DNA of 64,000 nt from a virus: positions 10,407 to 74,406 of the IMG/VR virus record IMGVR_UViG_3300034782_000041; one strand, 5' to 3'. Positions 17,525 to 24,403 of the stretch are shown here, piece after piece. The position numbers and the translations under genes are program-made. The notes below the pieces were generated by a model. That model saw only the letters and a program-made list of their open reading frames with translations, ran no database searches and had not been told where the DNA came from. The stretch's first letter is position 1. Each line of letters begins with the position of its first letter.

Positions 17525-19822
17525 CTACGCAGCCGGGCAGCGCCCGATCTGACGGTGATATTTGCGGCAGATGGCGATGGCCAGCGCCCACTCAGTCTCC
17601 GTGAGGCCACCCTCGGTGCGAGCTGCGAGGGCATGCCCAAGCCAGCCGTCAGCCTTGTTGTAGCCGACGTTGTTCTCGTGCTTCGCATAGTCGGGGTCGA
17701 GCTGAGCAAGGGTCACCAGACCGCGAGCAGCCCAGCGCTCACGCTCATTGGCTGCCTCGCGCCGAGTTGTGTCCTCCTCTACAACTGTGACACCGCGATT
17801 CTGCGCCCGCTGACTGACGATTGCGGTCCATTGGGCCTCACGGCCTTGGGCCCGCCGAGTAGCGTCCTGCTGGCTCAGCTCGGCGAGAAGGGCCTGGAGG
17901 GCGGCCTCGTAAGCCTCGGGGCTGAGCCCCTCGTCATCGTCGGTCTGGGCGCTGACGGCGCTCAGGGCCGCGCTGAGGGCTTCCTGGAGGTCCTGCTCGT
18001 CAGTCTCGTCAGCCTGCCGCCGGGCCTCATCCACTGAAGCTGTGATCAGGTGCTGCTTGGCCACTAGGATCTCGTAGAGGCGCTCGTCGAGGGCATGCTC
18101 GGCGACCAGGTCAGTGATCAGGACGCCGCGGTCCTGGCCGATACGGTGGATACGATCCTCAGCCTGGACGTTGAGGCTCGGAGTGAAGAGCCGATCGACG
18201 AAGATGGCATGCGAGGCGCGGGTCAGCGTAATGGCGACGCCGCCAGCCTGAATCGTGCAGGCCACGCCTCGCAACGAGCCAGCTTGGAAGGCATCCTCGA
18301 CCCGGCTGCGCTCCTCGGGGGAGACGCTACCGGTGATGACGGCCCAGCCGTCGCGTTGGCCGAGGGCTTCAACCGGAGCGCGGTGCGCGGAGAAGACCAC
18401 GACCGGCTCCTGAGCTTCTTCGTACTCGGCTACCAGGTCGAGGAGATGGGAGGTCTTCGCGACGGCGAGCGCGTGGCGTGCCTGCGAGAGCTGCTCGAAT
18501 GCTGCGCCCGAAGCCGCAGTTTGCTCGGCCAGCTCTTCGGCCGATTCAAGATCCACGCCGACGGACTCCAGTGCAGTCAGCGCCGCATCACACGCCGCGC
18601 GCGTGGCCCGGTCGAGCCCGTTGACGCTGATCTGCTGGTAGCGTTTGGCCGGCAGGTCAGTAAGCACGTCGCGTTTGAGCCGGCGGAGCTGCACGTTTTT
18701 CAGCAACTCGGCGGCTTCGTCTGTCGGGTGGCCCCACTCGTAGCCGTACCGTCCACGATGGCCGTTGAACGCGCGACAGAATCCGTTCCAGGAGCCGAAA
18801 GCTTCGGTCAGGCCACCAGCCACTAGGAGCGACCACAGCTCCGGCGGGCGATTGAGGATCGGCGTTGCGGTGAGCATCCATGTGCGCCCGCTGCGCTTGC
18901 GCGCAAGGTCAGCGATGGCACGAAACTTTTTCGAGCGCTGCGCTTTTGCGGACTTCACCGCGTGGGCTTCGTCAGCGATGACGACGACACCCTCGGGGCA
19001 GTTTGCGATCAGGTCGCCGGGGAGAGTCGCAAACGGCTGCGCTTTGCCGTCAGCGTCCTTCTTGATAGTGCCCGGCAGGATATCGTAGTTGACGACCACG
19101 ACCTCGCCGGTACGTGGCCACCGAAACGCGTTTTTGCCCTTCTTGCCCTTACAGACGACGACCGCGAGGTCGGGGCGCCACTTCGCCACTTCGCGCTTCC
19201 ACACGCCCTTCGCGACGGCGGGCGCGACCACGAGGATCGGCGCCTCGGCGGGGGCAGCGAGCAGCGCCTGTAGAGTTTTGCCGAGTCCCATGTCGTCAGC
19301 CAGGAGACCGCAGACGCGGCCCGCGAGCCATGGGATGCCCGTACGCTGATAGTTAAACAACGCCTGGCCACGCCGCTTCAGTTCGGTCTCGATGGCCGTC
19401 ATGCGTTCGTCGGCGGCGCTCAAGTCCGCTGACTGCTGCGAAGCACGGGCTTGCAGCGTAGCCTGGAGTGTCGGCTCGACCTCGACTTTGACACCGTCGA
19501 TGCCCGTGAGCCGACTGATCAGCTCCGGGATGTGGTCGATCTTGCAGGTGGTTACCCACCTGTCGCCAGCCTTGCGGGACTGGCACAGTCCGCGCGTGGC
19601 CTCGCGATATGCTCCGAACGCGCCGTCCAGGCGGTCCACGAGGACCACTTCGGCGCCGTCCCGATGGCTACGCAGCTCGATGCGCTTCGAGCTGCCCGGA
19701 AACGGCAGGCAGCTCTGGCAAATCGTTTTCCAGGGCGGCCCCTGGAGGGTGCCCTGGTCGGCCTCGACGTGGGCCCCGCAGCGGGCGCAGTCGGAAGCGT
19801 AGCGATTCGTTCGGTGTCTCAT
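17525..19822 (-). CDS. SNF2-family DNA-dependent ATPase/helicase with N-terminal zinc-ribbon
   Basis: N-terminal CARCGAHVE..CQSCLP; helicase motif I LLADDMGLGKTLQAL; DEAH box VIADEAHAVKS; C-terminal helicase motif QAEDRIHRIGQ. Confidence 0.75.
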   Translation of the reverse strand: MRHRTNRYASDCARCGAHVEADQGTLQGPPWKTICQSCLPFPGSSKRIELRSHRDGAEVVLVDRLDGAFGAYREATRGLCQSRKAGDRWVTTCKIDHIPELISRLTGIDGVKVEVEPTLQATLQARASQQSADLSAADERMTAIETELKRRGQALFNYQRTGIPWLAGRVCGLLADDMGLGKTLQALLAAPAEAPILVVAPAVAKGVWKREVAKWRPDLAVVVCKGKKGKNAFRWPRTGEVVVVNYDILPGTIKKDADGKAQPFATLPGDLIANCPEGVVVIADEAHAVKSAKAQRSKKFRAIADLARKRSGRTWMLTATPILNRPPELWSLLVAGGLTEAFGSWNGFCRAFNGHRGRYGYEWGHPTDEAAELLKNVQLRRLKRDVLTDLPAKRYQQISVNGLDRATRAACDAALTALESVGVDLESAEELAEQTAASGAAFEQLSQARHALAVAKTSHLLDLVAEYEEAQEPVVVFSAHRAPVEALGQRDGWAVITGSVSPEERSRVEDAFQAGSLRGVACTIQAGGVAITLTRASHAIFVDRLFTPSLNVQAEDRIHRIGQDRGVLITDLVAEHALDERLYEILVAKQHLITASVDEARRQADETDEQDLQEALSAALSAVSAQTDDDEGLSPEAYEAALQALLAELSQQDATRRAQGREAQWTAIVSQRAQNRGVTVVEEDTTRREAANERERWAARGLVTLAQLDPDYAKHENNVGYNKADGWLGHALAARTEGGLTETEWALAIAICRKYHRQIGRCPAA

Positions 19823-19975
19823 CTGCCTCTCCTTCGTCCCCTCGGGGACCGTCAGGAGTATGACGCTACGCGGGCGGGAATATTCGATTCGCAGACGCGA
19901 TTTTTCTTACACGACAATCAACAACGATTCTGCACGGTTAGGACTCTATTGCGTTGGGTTAGCCGCGGAAGGTAC

Positions 19976-20059
19976 AGGAGTCGAACCTGATCCCGTCAGG
20001 GACGCACCGGTTAGCAGCCGGGCTTCGCGCCACCACGAATTTACCTTCCAGGGCGAAAG
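19976..20059 (-). tRNA. tRNA-Ser(GCU), type II
   Basis: Hand fold of reverse complement: acceptor GGAAGGT/ACCTTCC, anticodon loop CUGCUAA, long variable arm, T-loop TTCGACT. Confidence 0.6.
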
Positions 20060-20069
20060 CGGAAGCGGA

Positions 20070-20152
20070 GGGAATCGAACCCCCAAGGCATATGCTCGCT
20101 CGGGTTCAAGCCGAGTGCCGTCACCTGTCGGCTAGCGCTTCCAAAAGTGGTT
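20070..20152 (-). tRNA. tRNA-Ser(UGA), type II
   Basis: Acceptor GGAAGCG/CGCTTCC, anticodon stem CTCGG/CCGAG loop CUUGAAC, long variable arm, T-loop TTCGATT. Confidence 0.6.
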
Positions 20153-20286
20153 CGGAGAACGATGCGCTCGGTTTGTTTAGCGTGTTGCCATTACACCACC
20201 GGTAACCCGGGTTGGAGTCGAACCAACATCTCTCGCTCCTCAAGCGAAGTAACCGAATGCTTTACTACCGAACCGGCGGAGAACGA

Positions 20287-20372
20287 GTGAGTCGAACACT
20301 ATGCGCAGCTGCGCACGCACCGGTTTCCAACCGGGCTCAGGTCCACACCTGATTCATTCTCCAACTGCATGC
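20287..20372 (-). tRNA. tRNA-Ser(GGA), type II
   Basis: Acceptor GGAGAAT/GTTCTCC (G-U at 7-66), anticodon loop UUGGAAA, variable-arm hairpin GCGCAG/CTGCGC. Confidence 0.5.
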
Positions 20373-20405
20373 GGAAGGCAGAGGTCTCGATCCCCAAGCT
20401 TGCGC

Positions 20406-20954
20406 TCACGCTGCTTTCGAGGCAGGCCCAGGCCCCGCCTGGTTTACCTTCCATGTCCATGCACGCCACGCCTCGGGCATGCCGGGCGTCCACGTCACTG
20501 TGATGTGTACGTCAGGCAGCTTCTTTGGCTTCACCGGCTTCGATCGTAGTCGCATGCCGGCTTGTTGTGGCGTTCGTCCACCCTTCTGTTGGTTGCACGC
20601 TACGCAACAGATGACTACGTTCTCCCAGGTCGTTTGCCCGCCGAGCGTTCGCGGCACAACGTGATCATAGGTAGCCTCCAGACGTGGCACTTGATCTCCA
20701 CAGTACTGGCACCTTCCGTGATCGCGTGTGTAGACGTTCTCGCGTGAGAACTTCACGACACGCTTCTTTCGTCGCATCCGCGTGATGAATCGAACGACGG
20801 ATGGCATCTTGATCGAGAACGTCACCGACCGGATGTTTCTGTCGGTGTATTCATCCACGACCTCTACCTTGCCAAGGAAGAGCAAAGTGATTGCACGTTG
20901 CCAGTGGATCCGCGCCACGGGCAAGTAGGACTGATCGAGAACCAACGTGTCCAT
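20406..20954 (-). CDS. HNH homing endonuclease
   Basis: CQYCGDQVP..DHVVPRTLGGQTTWENVVICCVACNQQKG (HNH with CxxC/CxxC zinc site); inserted inside the tRNA array. Confidence 0.75.
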   Translation of the reverse strand: MDTLVLDQSYLPVARIHWQRAITLLFLGKVEVVDEYTDRNIRSVTFSIKMPSVVRFITRMRRKKRVVKFSRENVYTRDHGRCQYCGDQVPRLEATYDHVVPRTLGGQTTWENVVICCVACNQQKGGRTPQQAGMRLRSKPVKPKKLPDVHITVTWTPGMPEAWRAWTWKVNQAGPGPASKAA

Positions 20955-20981
20955 GACTCGCTCCTTTCTGGTTGCTGTCCG

Positions 20982-21061
20982 TGCTCAGAGAGGGACTCGA
21001 ACCCTCACGCCGAAGCATCCGCTTTTGAGACGGACGTGTATGCCTATTCCACCATCTGAGC
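20982..21061 (-). tRNA. tRNA-Leu(CAA), type II
   Basis: Acceptor GCTCAGA/TCTGAGC, anticodon stem TCCGT/GCGGA loop CUCAAAA, 11-nt variable arm, T-arm GAGGG-TTCGAGT-CCCTC. Confidence 0.6.
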
Positions 21062-21067
21062 TTATCG

Positions 21068-21146
21068 TGCCCGAGGAGAGATTTGAACTCTCACGCCGAA
21101 GCAGCTGGGTTTAGGCCAGCCGTGTATGCCCTTCCACCACTCGGGC
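21068..21146 (-). tRNA. tRNA-Leu(UAA), type II
   Basis: Acceptor GCCCGAG/CTCGGGC, anticodon stem GCTGG/CCAGC loop CCUAAAC, T-loop TTCAAAT. Confidence 0.6.
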
Positions 21147-21150
21147 GTCG

Positions 21151-21224
21151 TACCACCGGAGAGACTCGAACTCTCAACACCTCGGTCCTTAGCCGAGACC
21201 CTCTTCCAATTGGGGCACGGTGGC
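21151..21224 (-). tRNA. type-I (short variable arm) tRNA with anticodon AAG (leucine CUU family), A73
   Basis: Acceptor GCCACCG/CGGTGGT (G1-U72), D-arm CCCC-AATTGGAAGA-GGG, anticodon stem CTCGG/CCGAG loop CUAAGGA, 5-nt variable region. Confidence 0.45.
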
Positions 21225-21226
21225 AG

Positions 21227-21297
21227 CTCCGGCTCAGGGACTCGAACCCCGATACCACGATCCAGAGTCGTGGGTCCTACCGTTAGACGAAGCCGGA
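21227..21297 (-). tRNA. tRNA-Gln(CUG)
   Basis: Acceptor TCCGGCT/AGCCGGA, anticodon stem CACGA/TCGTG loop CUCUGGA. Confidence 0.55.
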
Positions 21298-21301
21298 ATG
21301 G

Positions 21302-21372
21302 TTCGGGGTCTGGGACTCGAACCCAGATTGCTCGGGTCAAAGCCGAGTATCTTGCCATTGGATCAACCCCGA
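21302..21372 (-). tRNA. tRNA-Gln(UUG)
   Basis: Acceptor TCGGGGT/ACCCCGA, anticodon stem CTCGG/CCGAG loop CUUUGAC. Confidence 0.55.
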
Positions 21373-21376
21373 GTAG

Positions 21377-21450
21377 AGCGGACGATGGGACTCGAACCCA
21401 TACGACGAGGTTGGAAGCCTCGCATGCTGGCCGTTGAACATCACGCCCGC
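21377..21450 (-). tRNA. tRNA-Gly(UCC)
   Basis: Acceptor GCGGGCG/CGTCCGC, anticodon stem CGAGG/CCTCG loop CUUCCAA. Confidence 0.55.
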
Positions 21451-21454
21451 TTTG

Positions 21455-21525
21455 TGCCCCCGGAAGGACTCGAACCCTCGTAGCCTGATTAAAGGTCAGG
21501 TATGACACCACTTCATCACGGAGGC
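21455..21525 (-). tRNA. tRNA-Lys(UUU)
   Basis: Acceptor GCCTCCG/CGGGGGC, anticodon stem CCTGA/TCAGG loop CCUUUAA. Confidence 0.55.
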
Positions 21526-21528
21526 GAG

Positions 21529-21602
21529 TACCTGTGGTCAGACTCGAACTGACACTGTACGCGTTCTGAGCGCGCTCCCTCTTCCAATTGGGGTACACAG
21601 GC
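21529..21602 (-). tRNA. type-I (short variable arm) tRNA with anticodon CAG (leucine CUG family), A73
   Basis: Acceptor GCCTGTG/CACAGGT, same D-arm as the AAG tRNA (CCCC-AATTGGAAGA-GGG), anticodon stem GCGCG/CGCGT loop CUCAGAA. Confidence 0.45.
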
Positions 21603-21727
21603 AAAAGATGCAGCCCATCGCCCGATGGAGACCTTCTCTCCAATCCCTTAGAGCCCGTGAATCGATCCACTAGGGACGGTCACTACAACCGCCCTGCCGA
21701 AACTTCGACTAGCTGTGGCCGCATCAG

Positions 21728-21800
21728 TACCGGTCCTGAGAATCGAACTCAGCGCGTCCTGCTTGTAAGGCAGGTCCCACCCCCAGGTGAGCTGACCGGC
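21728..21800 (-). tRNA. tRNA-Val(UAC)
   Basis: Acceptor GCCGGTC/GACCGGT, anticodon stem CCTGC/GCAGG loop CUUACAA, T-arm CTGAG-TTCGATT-CTCAG. Confidence 0.5.
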
Positions 21801-21804
21801 GTGG

Positions 21805-21875
21805 TCGCAGCGGAGGGAATCGGACCCTCACGGTCTCGCTTATGAGACGAGCCGCCTAACCCGTAGGTCGCTGCG
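21805..21875 (-). tRNA. tRNA-Met(CAU), elongator-type, T-loop UCCGAUU
   Basis: Acceptor CGCAGCG/CGCTGCG, anticodon stem CTCGT/GCGAG loop CUCAUAA; could alternatively be Ile2 (lysidine) tRNA. Confidence 0.5.
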
Positions 21876-21878
21876 TGG

Positions 21879-21950
21879 TAGCGGGGGCTGGAATTGCACC
21901 AGCGTGGTCAGGCTTATGAGACCTGACAGGTAACTAGCAACCTCCCCGCA
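21879..21950 (-). tRNA. second CAU-anticodon tRNA (Met/fMet/Ile2) with non-canonical T-loop UGCAAUU and 1-72 mismatch
   Basis: Acceptor TGCGGGG/CCCCGCT (U1.U72), anticodon stem CAGGT/GCCTG loop CUCAUAA, T-arm GCTGG-TGCAATT-CCAGC. Confidence 0.4.
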
Positions 21951-21954
21951 AAAG

Positions 21955-22022
21955 CGCCTCCATCAGGAATCGAACCCGAGTAGCTGCTTTAGAAGAGCAG
22001 CGCCTCATCCATGAGTAGAGGC
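21955..22022 (-). tRNA. tRNA-Arg(UCU)
   Basis: Acceptor GCCTCTA/TGGAGGC, anticodon stem CTGCT/AGCAG loop CUUCUAA; compact D-arm. Confidence 0.5.
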
Positions 22023-22025
22023 AAG

Positions 22026-22093
22026 TACCACTGGACGGAGTCGAACCATCTCTTCAGGTTTAGGAGACCCGAATCTGTTCCACCAGCAGTGGC
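22026..22093 (-). tRNA. tRNA-Arg(CCU)
   Basis: Acceptor GCCACTG/CAGTGGT, anticodon stem CGGGT/ACCTG loop CUCCUAA. Confidence 0.5.
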
Positions 22094-22097
22094 ATCG

Positions 22098-22166
22098 TGC
22101 CTCTACGAGGAATCGAACCTCGTCTTCCGAGTTCGTAGCCCGGAGTCCGGCTCCACCGGCAGAGGC
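22098..22166 (-). tRNA. tRNA-Arg(ACG)
   Basis: Acceptor GCCTCTG/TAGAGGC, anticodon stem CCGGG/CTCGG loop CUACGAA. Confidence 0.5.
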
Positions 22167-22173
22167 GAATCAG

Positions 22174-22245
22174 AGCCCAAGGACAGAATCGAACTGTCAT
22201 CTCTCGCGTACCGGGCGAGTGCTCTCTCCATTGAGCTACGAGGGC
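22174..22245 (-). tRNA. tRNA-Thr(GGU) (two acceptor-stem mismatches, C33)
   Basis: D-arm GCTC-AATGGA-GAGC, anticodon stem CTCGC/GCGAG loop CCGGUAC, T-arm GACAG-TTCGATT-CTGTC; acceptor GCCCTCG/CTTGGGC has mismatches at 5-68 and 6-67. Confidence 0.4.
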
Positions 22246-22249
22246 GTCG

Positions 22250-22321
22250 TGGACCGCCGGGGAATCGAACCCCGATCTTCTGGGTGCAAACCAGATGTGT
22301 TCCCGTTATCACTAGCAGCCC
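22250..22321 (-). tRNA. tRNA-Ala(UGC) with G3-U70
   Basis: Acceptor GGGCTGC/GCGGTCC, D-arm GTG-ATAACGGGAA-CAC, anticodon stem TCTGG/CCAGA loop UUUGCAC, A73. Confidence 0.55.
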
Positions 22322-22325
22322 TTAG

Positions 22326-22345
22326 GCGGGCCTTCCACCCGCTCG
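22326..22345. repeat. intergenic hairpin repeat copy 1 (GCGGGCCTTCCACCCGCTCG)
   Basis: 20-nt motif with GCGGG/CCCGC stem, identical copy at 22662-22681; both sit in tRNA spacers. Confidence 0.55.
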
Positions 22346-22418
22346 TGGACACCGTCGGGATCGAACCGACCACATCCGGCTTGCAAGGCCAGATCGCCCC
22401 CTTGGTACATGGGTGCCC
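22346..22418 (-). tRNA. second tRNA-Ala(UGC)-like copy with G3-U70 (weak D-stem)
   Basis: Acceptor GGGCACC/GGTGTCC, anticodon stem CTGGC/GCCGG loop CUUGCAA, T-loop TTCGATC. Confidence 0.4.
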
Positions 22419-22585
22419 ATAACGACGAGGAACTAACCCCGCCGACACGTTTTTGTCTCCTCCTCGAACAGAGGCGTCCCTCCTCAGAGGCCAATACTGG
22501 AAGCTCCCAGCAAGTCCGCAGCTAGCTAAGCCCGACTACGCTGTCTGTTCGCCCAGCAGCAAGGCAGGTACGTGCTCCTGCATTG

Positions 22586-22657
22586 TGGACCAACTGGGAA
22601 TCGAACCCAGATCTCTGCCGTGCGAAAGCAGCGTGTTCCCTTTATCACTATTGGCCC
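22586..22657 (-). tRNA. tRNA-Ala(CGC) with G3-U70
   Basis: Acceptor GGGCCAA/TTGGTCC, D-arm GTG-ATAAAGGGAA-CAC, anticodon stem CTGCT/GGCAG loop UUCGCAC. Confidence 0.55.
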
Positions 22658-22661
22658 TTGT

Positions 22662-22681
22662 GCGGGCCTTCCACCCGCTCG
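22662..22681. repeat. intergenic hairpin repeat copy 2 (GCGGGCCTTCCACCCGCTCG)
   Basis: Identical to 22326-22345. Confidence 0.55.
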
Positions 22682-22704
22682 GAGACGCGTCCGTCTCTTG
22701 GCCG

Positions 22705-22777
22705 TGCCACTCCTCGGTAACGCTCCGAGCCCTCCGGCTTTTCAGGCCGGCGCTTCCACTTGGTTAGCTTGGGTGGC
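22705..22777 (-). tRNA. tRNA-Phe(GAA) with non-canonical T-loop AGCGUUA
   Basis: Acceptor GCCACCC/GAGTGGC (one mismatch), D-stem GCT/AGC, anticodon stem CCGGC/GCCGG loop CUGAAAA, T-arm CTCGG-AGCGTTA-CCGAG. Confidence 0.45.
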
Positions 22778-22788
22778 AAACGGATTTG

Positions 22789-22859
22789 TAGCCCAGCTAG
22801 GAGTTGAACCTAGATCACTCGCTTATAAGGCAAGCGCCCTGCCGTTGTGCTACTGGGCC
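22789..22859 (-). tRNA. tRNA-Ile(UAU)
   Basis: Acceptor GGCCCAG/CTGGGCT (G1-U72), anticodon stem CTTGC/GCGAG loop CUUAUAA, T-arm CTAGG-TTCAACT-CCTAG. Confidence 0.4.
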
Positions 22860-22931
22860 AACAAATGCGGGCCTCGCACCCGCTCGGAGGTGACGGTTTA
22901 GGGCTTCGCTTTCGCGCCACACCTCTAGCCG

Positions 22932-23003
22932 CGGAGCTGACGGGAATTGAACCCGCCTCGCCGGTTAGACAGACCGGTAGCCTCACCAGATGCTTACAGC
23001 TCC
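22932..23003 (-). tRNA. tRNA-Asp(GUC)
   Basis: Perfect acceptor GGAGCTG/CAGCTCC, anticodon stem CCGGT/ACCGG loop CUGUCUA, T-loop TTCAATT, G73. Confidence 0.6.
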
Positions 23004-23045
23004 AAACGCGAGCGTGCTCCCTTGTTACACCACGGCGCGGCGACC

Positions 23046-23069
23046 GCAACCGACAGGAATCGAACCTGC
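23046..23069 (-). other. orphan tRNA 3-prime half (acceptor strand + T-arm) without room for a 5-prime half
   Basis: ACAGG-AATCGAA-CCTGC T-arm signature preceded by 7-nt acceptor-like strand; only 28 nt before the next tRNA. Confidence 0.3.
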
Positions 23070-23097
23070 ACTTCCCGCTCTAACTATGACTTCTTGG

Positions 23098-23169
23098 GGT
23101 GAGCGAGAAGAATCGAACTTCCATCACGCGGGCCACAACCGCGCGCTCTGCCATTGAGCTACGCCCACC
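23098..23169 (-). tRNA. tRNA-His(GUG) with G-1 and C73
   Basis: G(-1)+GTGGGCG/CGCTCAC acceptor, D-arm GCTC-AATGGC-AGAGC, anticodon stem CGCGG/CCGCG loop UUGUGGC. Confidence 0.65.
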
Positions 23170-23174
23170 ATCAG

Positions 23175-23245
23175 TTCCCCCGGACAGAGTTGCGCTGTCA
23201 TCTCTCGCTTATCAAGCGAGTGCTCTCCTGTTGAGCTACAGGGGA
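23175..23245 (-). tRNA. tRNA-Ile(GAU) with non-canonical T-loop CGCAACU
   Basis: Acceptor TCCCCTG/CGGGGGA, D-arm GCTC-AACAGG-AGAGC, anticodon stem CTCGC/GCGAG loop UUGAUAA, T-arm GACAG-CGCAACT-CTGTC. Confidence 0.5.
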
Positions 23246-23249
23246 TCAG

Positions 23250-23321
23250 TCGGAGTGGCTGGGATCGAACCAGCGATCTCATGGTCCCGAACCATGCGCG
23301 ATACCGCTTCGCTACACCCCG
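23250..23321 (-). tRNA. tRNA-Pro(CGG)
   Basis: Acceptor CGGGGTG/CACTCCG, D-stem GCGA/TCGC, anticodon stem CATGG/CCATG loop UUCGGGA. Confidence 0.55.
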
Positions 23322-23322
23322 G

Positions 23323-23395
23323 TCGGAGCGACAGGACTCGAACCTGCATGCTCTTGGTCCCAAACCAAGCGGGTTGCCAAATACCCTACGCTCCG
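23323..23395 (-). tRNA. tRNA-Pro(UGG)
   Basis: Perfect acceptor CGGAGCG/CGCTCCG, D-stem GGGT/ACCC, anticodon stem CTTGG/CCAAG loop UUUGGGA. Confidence 0.6.
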
Positions 23396-23399
23396 GTTG

Positions 23400-23471
23400 T
23401 GACCCCGCCGAGAATCGAACTCGGATTGCTGGCTTGAAAGACCAGCTGCTTGACCGTTAGCAGACGAGGCC
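23400..23471 (-). tRNA. tRNA-Glu(UUC)
   Basis: Acceptor GGCCTCG/CGGGGTC (two G-U), D-stem TGCT/AGCA, anticodon stem CTGGT/GCCAG loop CUUUCAA. Confidence 0.5.
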
Positions 23472-23515
23472 AGAGGACGTGTTTTCCCTCGTCACTGGGA
23501 ATGCTTGCTTTGCGG

Positions 23516-23586
23516 AGGCTTCGGTGGGAGTCGAACCCACGATACAGGTTTTGCAGACCCGTGCCTTGCCACTTGACTACGAAGCC
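23516..23586 (-). tRNA. tRNA-Cys(GCA)
   Basis: Perfect acceptor GGCTTCG/CGAAGCC, anticodon stem CGGGT/ACCTG loop CUGCAAA, T-arm GTGGG-TTCGACT-CCCAC. Confidence 0.55.
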
Positions 23587-23588
23587 AG

Positions 23589-24098
23589 TCAGGTCAGGGG
23601 CATCCCTCTGTACTCCGCTACGGCACGAAGGAACGCCTCCCCCCTATCTCCAGTGTGCTCCTGTCGATGGCAATTGGAACACAGGAGTTCGCATTTCAGA
23701 ACTTCCTTCTTGACTACAGCCCACGCTCGGTTGCTGTTCTCGCTGATCTGAAAGTCCTTCTTACCGTTGTGGTGGAACTCAAAGGCTGCTGGACTCCCTG
23801 AGAAACCACAGCGTTGACACTTTCCGCCAAGGAGGGTTATAGCCGCAACCTTCACCCGATATCGCCTAATCCTAGATCGACAGGTGTAGCATACATCCCC
23901 TTTCCCGGGGACTAGCTTCCCTGAGCACAACCTACACCTAGTCGGCTTACGTCTTATATCGTGGATGTGGATCTTCTTCCGATTGTTAGCCCCAAATGGG
24001 GAGCAGGAAACGCAGTACCTACGACTCGACAGGTTCCGCACCTTCCCGTCTATGACTATTCGAGTAGGAAACTCTTCGTGGCACTTGGCGCATTCCAT
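23589..24098 (-). CDS. HNH endonuclease (second copy inside tRNA array)
   Basis: CQRCGF..FEFHHNGKKD..LLCSNCHRQEH (HNH with Cys4 zinc site); stop codon 2 nt from the tRNA-Cys 5-prime end. Confidence 0.6.
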   Translation of the reverse strand: MECAKCHEEFPTRIVIDGKVRNLSSRRYCVSCSPFGANNRKKIHIHDIRRKPTRCRLCSGKLVPGKGDVCYTCRSRIRRYRVKVAAITLLGGKCQRCGFSGSPAAFEFHHNGKKDFQISENSNRAWAVVKKEVLKCELLCSNCHRQEHTGDRGEAFLRAVAEYRGMPLT

Positions 24099-24156
24099 AG
24101 CTCTAAGGTACCTGAGAGTACGATCCTGCGTTAGTCAACGAGGGCCTTTCCTTTGA

Positions 24157-24230
24157 CTACCAGTAGCTCCCTCGATCCGACTTGAACGGATAACCCCCTG
24201 GTTAACGGCCAGGTGCTGCTACCAATTGAG
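24157..24230 (-). tRNA. tRNA-Asn(GUU)
   Basis: Perfect acceptor TCCCTCG/CGAGGGA, anticodon stem CCTGG/CCAGG loop CCGUUAA (C33), T-loop TTCAAGT. Confidence 0.5.
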
Positions 24231-24234
24231 CTAC

Positions 24235-24306
24235 GAGGGATCAGAGCTGGTGGAGGGAATCGAACCCCCAACCTACTGCTTACAAGGCAGTTGCACTTCC
24301 CTTGTG
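24235..24306 (-). tRNA. tRNA-Thr(UGU)
   Basis: Perfect acceptor GCTGGTG/CACCAGC, D-stem GCAC/GTGC, anticodon stem ACTGC/GCAGT loop CUUGUAA. Confidence 0.6.
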
Positions 24307-24313
24307 CTACACC

Positions 24314-24399
24314 AGCGAGCTAGTGGGGAACGGTGGAATCGAACCACATGCCCAAATGGGAAACGGTTTACAGCCGCTCGCCGGACCATCCAGCCTTAT
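24314..24399 (-). tRNA. tRNA-Tyr(GUA), type II
   Basis: Acceptor GGGGAGC/GTTCCCC, anticodon stem AGCGG/CCGTT loop CUGUAAA, variable-arm hairpin CCCA-TT-TGGG, T-loop TTCGATT; D-region irregular. Confidence 0.45.
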
Positions 24400-24403
24400 G
24401 ACG

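Noticed and set aside
17423-19990. Plus-strand ORFs (204, 243, 179 aa and others) antisense to the SNF2 helicase gene
   Set aside because: High-GC antisense frames with Arg/Ala/Gly-rich low-complexity translations and no motifs. The minus-strand helicase carries clear SNF2 motifs.
23046-23097. Full tRNA at the T-loop signature GGAATCGAACC near 23058
   Set aside because: Only 28 nt lie between its T-stem and the next tRNA (His); no D-arm or anticodon arm can fit. Reported as an orphan 3-prime half instead.
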